From contig DAOTTM010000019.1 in NCBI GenBank assembly GCA_034437915.1, positions 17,691 through 41,690 of the forward strand: DNA of 24,000 nucleotides, in the 5' to 3' direction. The translations under genes and the position numbers were made by a program. Positions 1 through 7,583 of this stretch are shown here, one piece after another (positions within the stretch are counted from its first letter, which is position 1; every line of letters starts with the position of its first letter). Under the pieces are notes generated by a model. The model was not told where the DNA came from, made no database searches, and saw only the letters and a program-made list of their open reading frames with translations. This DNA is from Dehalococcoidia bacterium. GTDB taxonomy: Bacteria > Chloroflexota > Dehalococcoidia > Tepidiformales > Tepidiformaceae.

Positions 1-1117
1 TGGTCTGGATGCTCAGGTTGCGCCCGGTGAGCGCCTTGCAGTAAAGGCGAAGGATTTCGCCCACGCGCGAAAGTTCGATGCGGGCTGAGAGCGTCTCGAG
101 AATGTCTTCGCTGCGCGTCGATTGCAGGCGAAAGTAGGCTTCACCGCCGTCATGCGTATGCTGGAGGATCTGCATGCCACTGGCGTGCCAGGCGTCGAGT
201 TCATCGAGGCGTATGCGCTGGAGCACGGTCGGCACGTTCGTCAGGAAGTCCATGGCCGCCGAGGGCGAATAGGGCGCCAGCTTTTCGCCGAGTTCGATCA
301 CTCGGAAGTGGTCGTCCGGTTCGAGGTCGGCGAGCGAATGGGCAGCGTCTTCGAAGTATTGGAAGGCCGAGCGGGTGTGGCCGCGCGCGACCTGCGCCGC
401 GAGAAGAAGATAGCGTTCGCGCAAGGGCTGATGGATCTTCTGGAGCAAGGGGGCGCCGCGTTCGAAGTAGAGCCGGGAATCGGCCCAGCTGCTCTGCGCG
501 AGTTCGACGGCGAATGTCAGAAAGGGCAGCCGGTCGTCCTCTTCGAGCTTGTGCAGCACTTCGGGCGCGGAACCGAGACAGGCCGCCGCGAGTTCGTAGC
601 TGTGTCGCGCAAGCTCATCGACGAACAGGACGAGGCGCGCAGCCTGGCCGGGGCGGAGCACTTCGAACACCTTTGGGCTGAGGTCGTAAAACTGCGAGGC
701 GAGCGACGAACTCTTCCAGTTGCCCTTGTAAAGCCGGCGGCCAAGGTCGGCCCACTGGCGCAGGTGGTTCGGGCCAACTTCGGTCATCACGGCGGAGGAG
801 GAGCGCAGGAAGCTCACGGCCAGCGGGGCCGACTCCGTGGCCATGTGCATCGCTTCGCGGCCGAGGCTTTCGAGGGCATCCCAGGTGATGTTGTCGGGCA
901 TGGTCTGGGCGGCACGGAAGTATTCCGCGGCTGCTTCCCAGGAGCGGAGACTGAGGGCGGTCAGCTCGACGCCGGTCTCGGACCAGCTCTGAAGCTGTGA
1001 CGGCGTGAGACGCGGCTGAAGCGCACGCAGGCTCGCTTCGTAGAGCTGTTCGAGCGGCGCGGGAAACCCGGAGAGCCGTTCGTGGTGCCGTGCCATCAAC
1101 TCGTTGACGATGCTCAT
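1..1117 (-). CDS. NorD/CbbO-like protein (presumed partner of the CbbQ/NorQ ATPase), N-terminal 372 codons; gene continues off the left edge
   Basis: Hand translation of the minus strand from ATG at 1117-1115 (GGGAGAG 5 nt upstream) stays open to position 1: MSIVNELMARHHERLSGFPAPLEQLYEASLRALQPRLTPSQLQSW... It is absent from the ORF track because no stop lies in the window. It has a repetitive helical N-terminal architecture, and a CbbQ/NorQ gene lies on the same strand upstream. The diagnostic C-terminal VWA domain would be outside the window. The + strand ORF 122..1000 is its antisense shadow. Confidence 0.5.
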   Translation of the reverse strand, partial: MSIVNELMARHHERLSGFPAPLEQLYEASLRALQPRLTPSQLQSWSETGVELTALSLRSWEAAAEYFRAAQTMPDNITWDALESLGREAMHMATESAPLAVSFLRSSSAVMTEVGPNHLRQWADLGRRLYKGNWKSSSLASQFYDLSPKVFEVLRPGQAARLVLFVDELARHSYELAAACLGSAPEVLHKLEEDDRLPFLTFAVELAQSSWADSRLYFERGAPLLQKIHQPLRERYLLLAAQVARGHTRSAFQYFEDAAHSLADLEPDDHFRVIELGEKLAPYSPSAAMDFLTNVPTVLQRIRLDELDAWHASGMQILQHTHDGGEAYFRLQSTRSEDILETLSARIELSRVGEILRLYCKALTGRNLSIQT

Positions 1118-1172
1118 GCGAACTCTCCCACGGTGACGCCCGGCGTCTGCCCGCTATTTCTCACTGTTGGCC

Positions 1173-1772
1173 TCAATGGCTGATGACGTTCCGCGACGGA
1201 TCCTTGTAATCGTAAAAGACGACCTCGTCTGTTGTCGTGTCCCAGGCCGCGCACGAGAGCTGATACTCGTTGCGGTGGTCGCGCGCATCGCCGGCGGAGC
1301 CGGGGTTGATAACGAGTACCCCACCAAAACGCTGCGCCATCTGGAAGTGCGTGTGGCCAACGATGACGGTATCACATTCCAGGCTCGCGGCCTTGCTCCA
1401 GACGGCCTCGTGGGGGTAGTGGTAGTCCTTCCACGGCTCCCAGGGCGAACCGTGCGTCATCAACACGCGCTTGCCATCGACGACCTCCTCGAGGCGGTAC
1501 GGCTGTCCGCGCATCCAGGCGACGAGGTCCTGGTCGATCTTTTCGGACGAGAGGGCGCGCACACCATCGACGCCCAGGATCGTCTCTTCGTGGTTCCCCA
1601 GGACAACGCGCGCATCGAGCTCCCGCAACCGCCCGATCACTTCGTTCGACCAACGAAACTGAAACACCGCGTCGCCCGCACACCACAACTGGTCGAACGG
1701 CGCCATCAATTCCAGCGCCCGGTTGAGCCCCGCGAGGTTGCAATGGATGTCGGAGACGATGGCAAGGCGCAT
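1173..1772 (-). CDS. Metallophosphoesterase (YfcE/MJ0936-like calcineurin-fold phosphoesterase)
   Basis: 199 aa. Full motif set is present: SDIH (DxH), GDAV (GD), GNHE, a central His, GHTH. ATG at 1772. Confidence 0.85.
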   Translation of the reverse strand: MRLAIVSDIHCNLAGLNRALELMAPFDQLWCAGDAVFQFRWSNEVIGRLRELDARVVLGNHEETILGVDGVRALSSEKIDQDLVAWMRGQPYRLEEVVDGKRVLMTHGSPWEPWKDYHYPHEAVWSKAASLECDTVIVGHTHFQMAQRFGGVLVINPGSAGDARDHRNEYQLSCAAWDTTTDEVVFYDYKDPSRNVISH

Positions 1773-1774
1773 GG

Positions 1775-2302
1775 CTAGATCCGAGATCCGAGATCCGAGA
1801 TCCGAGTGGGCTCGGAGTTCCGAGCGCCGGTGTTCGAAATCCGAGAGCGGGAATTCTTCTGGATCACTTGCCCATCAGCCAGCGTGCGCATAACCGACGA
1901 ATGTAGACCCCCGATGATGCGGCCGATCTCGTCAATCTGAGCTTTGAGTTCGTCGAACTGCATTTGAGCGAGGTACCCTACGTCCAGAGCCACGTAGAGA
2001 TGCGAACCGACTTCGGCACACGACGCCTTGGCGATGAGCAAAAAGTGCGCGAAGTCGGCCTGACTCCTGCGCTCGAAACCCTCGGCGATGTTCGCCATAA
2101 TTGACACCGCCGTACGGCGAACCTGATCCCGTAGCCCAAAGTCGCGGTCGAATGGCTGCTGGGGGGTGACGACATAGATGTCCCGTGTGAGAACACGCGA
2201 CTTCTGCCACGCCACCAAGTCTTCATATTTTTGAATCGCAGCCACTTCAAACTCTGCCCTCGGAGCGCACTCGGTTCTCGGTTCTCGGATCTCGCTACTC
2301 AA
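1775..2302 (-). CDS. Four-helix-bundle protein (TIGR02436 / 23S rRNA intervening-sequence protein family, Avd-like)
   Basis: Family hallmarks: [18 protein letters not shown] ... [54 protein letters not shown]. The track start is TTG at 2302. A GTG at 2245 (GAGGG upstream), giving [10 protein letters not shown], is a more likely start. Both ORF ends are translated heptamer repeats (SEIREPRTE..., ...RISDLGSRI). Confidence 0.85.
   Translation of the reverse strand: MSSEIREPRTECAPRAEFEVAAIQKYEDLVAWQKSRVLTRDIYVVTPQQPFDRDFGLRDQVRRTAVSIMANIAEGFERRSQADFAHFLLIAKASCAEVGSHLYVALDVGYLAQMQFDELKAQIDEIGRIIGGLHSSVMRTLADGQVIQKNSRSRISNTGARNSEPTRISDLGSRI
1777..1806. repeat. Tandem heptamer array (AGATCCG)x4 plus a partial unit
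   Basis: Read directly from the sequence. Immediately preceded by CTAG. It lies 5 nt from the metallophosphoesterase start codon and forms the 3' end of the four-helix-bundle ORF. Confidence 0.9.
2270..2294. repeat. Tandem heptamer array CTCGGTT CTCGGTT CTCGGAT CTCG (inverted relative to 1777-1806)
   Basis: Read directly from the sequence. It abuts the TAG stop (2295-2297) of the norQ-like gene. It is the reverse complement of the CCGAG core of the left array. Confidence 0.9.
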
Positions 2303-3179
2303 AAATACTCGTCACCACTTCTTCGATGCTGCGCTGCACTTCCTGGTCGTCCGTGAGGGACCAGGTGATGGCGACCTGGCAGGCGCGGCGGGGGGCGACG
2401 CCCTGGGCGATGAGGCGTCCGGCGTAGATGAGGAGGCGCGTGCTCACGCCCTCGCCGAGGCCGTGTTCGCGCAGGTTTCGCACCTTCTCGCCCAGTTTCG
2501 AGAGGTCGAGCGCGGTCTCGCGGGAGCAGTCGGCTTCATGGGTGATGATCTCCGTTTCCTGGTCGCGTGGGGGGTAGTCGAACTCGATCGAGATGAAGCG
2601 CTGACGCGTGGAGTGCTTGAGATCCTTGAGGGCGCTCTGGTAGCCCGGGTTATAGGAGATGACGAGGAGGAAGCCTTCCGCCGCCTCGATCACCTGTCCC
2701 AGCTTCTCGATTGGGAGCAACCGCCGGTAGTCCGTGAGGGGGTGGATGAGGACGGTCGTGTCCTTTCGCGCCTCGACCACTTCGTCGAGATAACAGATGG
2801 CGCCAACCTTCACCGCGCGGGTGAGGGGGCCATCGATCCAGCGCGTGCCGTCGGTATCGAGGAGGTAGCGGCCAACGAGGTCGCTGGCGGTGAGGTCCTC
2901 GTGGCAAGCGACGGTGATCAGCGGCATGCGATGGACAGCTTCCTTACCGGTCTCCTTCGATGTGCGTGTCACGGGGCGACCGAGGCGGTGCGCCATATAT
3001 TCGACGAAGCGCGTCTTGCCGCAGCCCGTCGGCCCCTTGAGCAATACGGGGATGCGCTGGGCGTATGCCGTTTCGAAGAGGCTGACCTCGTCCGAGATTG
3101 GCAGGTAGTACGGCTCTTCGCTGACTGTATACTCTTCGGCCGCATGAATCTTCGCCGAAACCATCACTGAATTACCCAT
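2295..3179 (-). CDS. CbbQ/NorQ/NirQ/GvpN-family MoxR-type AAA+ ATPase
   Basis: Walker A GPTGCGKT and Walker B AICYLDEV. Family-typical YNPGYQ and STRLLIYAG segments. I place the start at ATG 3179 (GGAGGT 5 nt upstream, [12 protein letters not shown]...), not at the track start 3266, which would overlap coaE. Confidence 0.85.
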   Translation of the reverse strand: MGNSVMVSAKIHAAEEYTVSEEPYYLPISDEVSLFETAYAQRIPVLLKGPTGCGKTRFVEYMAHRLGRPVTRTSKETGKEAVHRMPLITVACHEDLTASDLVGRYLLDTDGTRWIDGPLTRAVKVGAICYLDEVVEARKDTTVLIHPLTDYRRLLPIEKLGQVIEAAEGFLLVISYNPGYQSALKDLKHSTRQRFISIEFDYPPRDQETEIITHEADCSRETALDLSKLGEKVRNLREHGLGEGVSTRLLIYAGRLIAQGVAPRRACQVAITWSLTDDQEVQRSIEEVVTSIFE

Positions 3180-3183
3180 GCAG

Positions 3184-3801
3184 TTACCTCCCGGCTGCTT
3201 TTCGCAGCCGCTCCTCAAGTTTGTCCCAGGCGGCCTGGATGCCCGATTCAAGGGCCGCCAGGTCACTGTTGTTCTCTATAACGATGTTCGCCTTTGCGAC
3301 GCGCTCAGCGTTCGAAAGCTGCGATGAGATGCGCGCGCGCGCCGCCGCCTCATCGAGATTGTTGCGGGTCGCGAGACGTTGGACGGCGAGGTCCGGTTCG
3401 ACCACTACGACCCAAACTTCATCGACAAGATCTTGCCAGCCAGCTTCGAAAAGCACGGCTGCTTCGAGTACGGCCAGGTGGTTGCCCGCAGTCTCCAACT
3501 CGGAGAGAGCCTCGCTGGCGAGCTTGCGGATGCCTGGCCAGACGATATCCGTGAGCTTCTTCAGCTCTTCCGGCTTGCCAAACACCTTTCCGCCGAGCAC
3601 GCGGCGGTCGATGGACCCATCGGCGGCGACAAGGTCCGGTCCAAAGGCGGCGACGACGGCGTTGAACGTGTCCGTGTCAGGGTCGTATGTGCGGTGGCCA
3701 AGCACGTCCGCGTCCAAAACGGGCACTTCACGCGACTTGAAGAAAGTGGCAAGGGTCGATTTGCCGCTGGCGATCCCGCCAGTCAGCCCGATGACGTGCA
3801 A
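3184..3801 (-). CDS. coaE: Dephospho-CoA kinase
   Basis: N-terminus (M)[16 protein letters not shown]-loop followed by LDADVLGH; about 205 aa, typical for CoaE. TTG start with GGAGA upstream. Its stop lies 4 nt before the norQ-like start. Confidence 0.85.
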   Translation of the reverse strand: MHVIGLTGGIASGKSTLATFFKSREVPVLDADVLGHRTYDPDTDTFNAVVAAFGPDLVAADGSIDRRVLGGKVFGKPEELKKLTDIVWPGIRKLASEALSELETAGNHLAVLEAAVLFEAGWQDLVDEVWVVVVEPDLAVQRLATRNNLDEAAARARISSQLSNAERVAKANIVIENNSDLAALESGIQAAWDKLEERLRKAAGR

Positions 3802-3881
3802 ACGCGGTCTCCGGTGATTGGAAATTTAGTCGAACGCTAAGGATACGGCGCGGGGCTATGGGGCGGCAAACGGACGACTAG

Positions 3882-3909
3882 AGCCGAGGTCCGAGATCCG
3901 AGATCCGAG
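3882..3909. repeat. Tandem heptamer array AGCCGAG GTCCGAG ATCCGAG ATCCGAG
   Basis: Read directly from the sequence. Immediately preceded by CTAG, as at 1777. Confidence 0.9.
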
Positions 3910-4107
3910 TTGGCGTGCACCCGGTGAGTTCGAGCGCTCCGCAGGCTTGGGAGCAAGCCCCAGTGGTTGCCATAATTGCCTTCGCAGACGGTCACTGTCG
4001 CATAGGGTTCGTCTTTCGGGGGCCGCACTAACCGGACTCCCTTTGCCCGGAACGACTGCTTAGTCGCGATCGAAGTCGCCTTTCTCCAGGAAGAAAAGAC
4101 GCGCCGA

Positions 4108-4139
4108 CTCGGAACTCGGAACTCGGTTCTCGGCTCTCG
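4108..4139. repeat. Tandem heptamer array CTCGGAA CTCGGAA CTCGGTT CTCGGCT CTCG (inverted relative to 3882-3909)
   Basis: Read directly from the sequence. It ends 2 nt before the stop codon (4142-4144) of the LysM/SLT gene. Confidence 0.9.
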
Positions 4140-4141
4140 CG

Positions 4142-4987
4142 TCAGCTGTATTTCGCCGTGAAGAAGAGCACGTTCGACACGTATTCCCGCGTCTCCTGGA
4201 ACATGCCGAAGCGTTCAATGCTGCGCCAGCCCTGGTAGTAGAAGCCGAGGGCGAGGGGGATATCGCCGTTCGCCTGGTCGATCATGTGGCTGAGGATCGC
4301 GGCGCCGATGCGGGCGTTGTCACGCGCCGAGATGCGCCAGTTGGACGCCGTCGGCAGGAGGAACTCGACGGCCCAATCGCCCGTGTCCGGCGTGACCTGG
4401 AGCAAGCCCACCGCGCCCACCGAGCTGACGACGTGCTGCTGCCATCCACTCTCGATCCATGCGAGTCCGAGGACGAGGCCACGTGCCAGGCCGAACTCAT
4501 CGGCTGCATTGCGGAGTAGCTGTTTCGCGTCGGCCTGGGAAACGACTTCAGGCACGCCGTCGGGCGACGGCGGGATCGAGAGCACCTGGCCGACCTCGAT
4601 GACGTCCGGGTTCTTCAGCCCATTGGCATCGATGACGGCGCCGAGGGAGACGCGATAGTGGGTTGCGATCCAGCCAACCGAATCACCGCGTTCGACCACG
4701 TGGACGCGCACGACCGGGCTGACGGTCTGGTTGATGCGCAGCACCTGGCCCGCGTGGATGCGGTCGATGTCGGCGATGTTGTTCTCTTTGGCGATGGCGT
4801 CCATGGGCACGCCATAGTGGTCGGCGATGACCGAAAGGGACTCGCCGGGCTGGACGATGTGCGTTTGTGCGGCGAACGCGGCTGCCGCCTGGAGGGCGAC
4901 CAAGGCCGCCACGGCGACGATTACGAGCTTGAGGAACCTGCCAGAAAGGGCAGTTCGCACCGTTCCCAAGTGGGACTTACCTGACAT
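4142..4987 (-). CDS. Exported LysM-repeat lytic transglycosylase (2x LysM + SLT domain)
   Basis: N-terminal hydrophobic anchor/signal. Two LysM repeats (HIVQPGESLSVIADHYGV...; HVVERGDSVGWIATHYRV...). SLT catalytic region LAWIESGWQQ ... GLLQV. Confidence 0.8.
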   Translation of the reverse strand: MSGKSHLGTVRTALSGRFLKLVIVAVAALVALQAAAAFAAQTHIVQPGESLSVIADHYGVPMDAIAKENNIADIDRIHAGQVLRINQTVSPVVRVHVVERGDSVGWIATHYRVSLGAVIDANGLKNPDVIEVGQVLSIPPSPDGVPEVVSQADAKQLLRNAADEFGLARGLVLGLAWIESGWQQHVVSSVGAVGLLQVTPDTGDWAVEFLLPTASNWRISARDNARIGAAILSHMIDQANGDIPLALGFYYQGWRSIERFGMFQETREYVSNVLFFTAKYS

Positions 4988-5105
4988 GCCGGTACCACCA
5001 AAACCCCCCGCCAGGTGATGGAGGGTACCCTATCAGGGCCTCCGGATCACCTGTTCTTTGTAACCTGCGTGTAAAAAGTTTCGTCCGCGCTGTGTGTGGC
5101 GACGT

Positions 5106-5648
5106 TCATTCTCCCGTTAACGAGAGCAGGATCTTGAGAACCTCCCCCTCGGGAAGCGCGTGCCGAGGTTCCATGTTCAAGGTGAACCCGCGAGACGCCG
5201 TGAGAAGCGTGTAGCCGACGACGAAATCCGACTCGTACCGAAGGACGCGAATCCCAGCCTTGCCGGTCTCGATGGCCAGGCTCCGCTTCTCATCGAAGGT
5301 GAACGGCGAGTTCGTCTCGTCCAGGCCGAACCCGAGATTTCCGGGCACGTTCATCATCACAATCTTGAAGCCCCGCTGCGCACGCGGGTCGAGGTTCACA
5401 TAAATAGACGACACCGCGGCGTCGCCTCCGCGCTGGAACATCGCCACGGTGACGGTTGTCCCAGCGCAAGAGGCTGGTAGGCTGGCCTCAACGATGACTT
5501 CCTTGTCCTCGGCAACGACGTACAGTCGCTTCGCTGTCGGCAGGACGGTTGATTCGGGCGCTTGCGCGAACACCGGGCCGACGCTTGCTGCGAGGACAGC
5601 TAGACCGATTGCAGCGATGGTTCTGACGAACGGGCAAGACGAGAGCAT
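5106..5648 (-). CDS. Exported hypothetical protein, paralog A
   Basis: Signal peptide (AAIGLAVLAASVGPVFAQA). The C-terminal half aligns with the next gene: RGFKIVMMNVPGNLGFGLDETNSPF ... ASRGF ... EVLKILLS. Confidence 0.7.
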   Translation of the reverse strand: MLSSCPFVRTIAAIGLAVLAASVGPVFAQAPESTVLPTAKRLYVVAEDKEVIVEASLPASCAGTTVTVAMFQRGGDAAVSSIYVNLDPRAQRGFKIVMMNVPGNLGFGLDETNSPFTFDEKRSLAIETGKAGIRVLRYESDFVVGYTLLTASRGFTLNMEPRHALPEGEVLKILLSLTGE

Positions 5649-5818
5649 TTGTTTGTCCTCCTACTGAATGGCCATGCCTTCCGTGGCCAAGGAGACACAA
5701 CCACTCAAATCACCTTCCCCAACTCACCATAGCACCGTCTCGCCCGTTCAAGAGAAACAGAGCAAACCGCCGGAATGGCCGACGGTTACTCTGAAGTCGG
5801 GCGGCGACGCAGGAGCGC

Positions 5819-6355
5819 TTAGTTCAGCGGGAACGAGAGGAGAACCTTGAGCACCTCGGCCTCATCGACGACATCCGCCGTGTCGAAACTCATGACGAAG
5901 CCACGAGTGGCGGTGAACATCGTGTAGGACACCAGCGGAGCTGACGCATCACGATACACCCGGACCCCGGGTTCCTTGACGGGGATGGCCACGAACGCCT
6001 CGTTTGGGCTGAAGGCTGAGTTCGTCTCCTGAAGTCCGAATCCCGGCTTTCCGGGCACGTTGATCATGACCACTTTGAATCCGCGCTGGTTCGGATCAAC
6101 GTAAAGGGTCGTTATTTGCGAATTTTGGGGGAGATACCCCGGTGCGACCACCGTGAACCCTGCCAAACCCGAGGCCTTGTCGAGCGCGGCCTGGAGGGAT
6201 GGCTCCTGGGCCACAGTCACCAGGCCCTCCCGAAGGTCGAGAGACTCGGCACTCTTTGAGCCTCTTGTTAGCAGGCCGACCGTCAGTGCGCCGCCAACAA
6301 TACCCACCAACACGATTCCCAGGAACAATCGATGCCTAACGGCAAACAGCTTCAT
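5819..6355 (-). CDS. Exported hypothetical protein, paralog B (PGYLP-containing, reminiscent of DUF4367/LolA-like domains)
   Basis: N-terminal TM/signal segment. GFTVVAPGYLPQN, then RGFKVVMINVPGKPGFGLQETNSAF ... ATRGF ... EVLKVLLS, matching paralog A. The family name comes from memory of motif style only. Confidence 0.7.
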   Translation of the reverse strand: MKLFAVRHRLFLGIVLVGIVGGALTVGLLTRGSKSAESLDLREGLVTVAQEPSLQAALDKASGLAGFTVVAPGYLPQNSQITTLYVDPNQRGFKVVMINVPGKPGFGLQETNSAFSPNEAFVAIPVKEPGVRVYRDASAPLVSYTMFTATRGFVMSFDTADVVDEAEVLKVLLSFPLN

Positions 6356-6394
6356 GACTTACCCTCTCTAAAGGCTCTATGGAGTGCCTCCGCA

Positions 6395-6919
6395 TCACGG
6401 TACAAACGTAACATACGATGCACCTATGCAGCTTTGGTTGAATTGGCCGCCGCCCACGTACATTCCAAAGTTGGTTTCCACGTACGGCCAGTAACCGGTG
6501 TTGTAGTAGATGTACTTCCAAGCCCAAACAGTGATGTCGAACGTGTTAAACGCCGTACCGAGCATGCCCGGAACAGGGTACGTATTCCGGTAATTTGTGG
6601 AGTCTACGATATATGTGGATCCATATCGGTAGTCCACGAGCGCATCGAGCCCGCTGGTGGAACCACTGTACCAATCCACATATTTGAACTAACTTTGCTT
6701 GGGGCTGGAGAATGTTTCGATGCTATAGGCGAACCCGTGTTGCCAGCTGTACGGTTGAGTGAAGCAGTTTGAGCTCGCATTCAGGTAAGTTCCGCCAGTC
6801 GAGTTGCCGACGGGCGGGTACACGTCCCAGAAGTACGAAGCGTACGCCACCGATGACCCGATCAATCCGCCGAGGAGGAGCGCAAGGCTCAGGGCGCCCG
6901 TTCTCATCAACTTCGACAT
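6395..6919 (-). pseudogene. Aromatic-rich (Y/W/N/G/T) exported protein interrupted by one in-frame TAG (6691-6689)
   Basis: The frame from ATG 6919 gives MSKLMRTGALSLALLLGGLIGSSVAYASYFWDVYPP...SSPKQS, then TAG, then three in-frame codons (FKY), then the track ORF 6395..6679 (VDWYSGSTSGLDALVDYRYGSTY...). Together this is 174 codons. About 50% GC against about 65% elsewhere. There is no obvious SD before 6919. Confidence 0.55.
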
Positions 6920-7099
6920 GCCCCGGAAGGAGCGATTGCCCGCCAACGGGTCGGGGCCACTGACGTGCCCACTACGCAAAGACGTTTCAGATATACCATT
7001 GCATCTCACTTTCGCCCATCGTTTGGCGATGGGGCTAATTTCAGAGTATCGATGCAAAGCGAGATTACTATAGACCGACTGAGTGCTTTTCCAATCCTG

Positions 7100-7304
7100 C
7101 CATTCCTTGATGCGGAGGACGAGCTTTGTTCTATCGTGAATGTTGACGTGCGAGTAGATATCGGAGACGTATTGCTCGATAGTCTTGATGTCGAGCGTCA
7201 ACGCCCCGGCCATCTCCTGGTTGGTAGCGCGCGTCGGCCAGCAACGGCAAGAGGTGAAGCAGGCGCGGCGCGAGGGTGTCGAACTCCTCAAAGCCGCTTA
7301 CCAT
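7100..7304 (-). pseudogene. GerE/LuxR-type HTH protein with a frameshift near 7228
   Basis: ATG at 7304 (GGAGG 5 nt upstream) gives MVSGFEEFDTLAPRLLHLLPLLADAR in one frame. The canonical HTH continues in another frame: ATNQEMAGALTLDIKTIEQYVSDIYSHVNIHDRTKLVLRI. The second frame has no stop until 6689. Confidence 0.6.
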
Positions 7305-7399
7305 GGTCGCCTCCATCCCGGGACGGGTCCCGAACGGATTCATCGCCTCCGCGCTGGCCGACAGTCCATCAGGCCACGGGCGAGGGACTGAAAACACCC

Positions 7400-7429
7400 T
7401 TGGCGTGTAATTGCTTTGTAAAGTATTAT
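7400..7429 (+). promoter_or_regulatory. Candidate sigma70-type promoter upstream of acs (TTGGCG-N18-TATTAT)
   Basis: It lies in the only AT-rich patch of the LuxR-acs divergent spacer. Hexamers at 7400-7405 and 7424-7429. It would give a 5' UTR of about 150 nt. Confidence 0.3.
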
Positions 7430-7583
7430 TACGCGTGCTCCGGGAATCGCCGACGTGTGTCCTTCGGGGCATCCCAGCGCCTGCTCACGCGCGCGGTACG
7501 GATCCGGTGCCGGGCTCCCTTCTCTAGCCGCGCTCGCGTAGAATCCGGGCAACGACCCCGCGAAGGCACCCGGAGGATGTGAG

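Noticed and set aside
1777-4139. Heptamer arrays as a CRISPR array, or the four-helix-bundle gene as the Avd component of a diversity-generating retroelement.
   Set aside because: The repeat unit is 7 nt and tandem, with no spacers, so it is not CRISPR. No reverse transcriptase and no template/variable repeat pair occurs anywhere in the window, so a DGR cannot be supported.
6689-6691. Possible TAG reassignment or pyrrolysine, given in-frame TAGs at 6689-6691 and 23104-23106.
   Set aside because: TAG clearly terminates well-supported genes in the same window: the norQ-like stop at 2295-2297 and the four-helix-bundle ORF stop at 1775-1777. No pyl genes are seen. Both TAG-containing loci also carry frameshifts, so nonsense decay is the simpler reading.
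7435-7583. The roughly 150-nt GC-rich leader upstream of acs as a riboswitch or attenuator.
   Set aside because: I recognise no known riboswitch consensus, and no terminator/antiterminator pair stands out. The leader length depends on an unverified promoter call.
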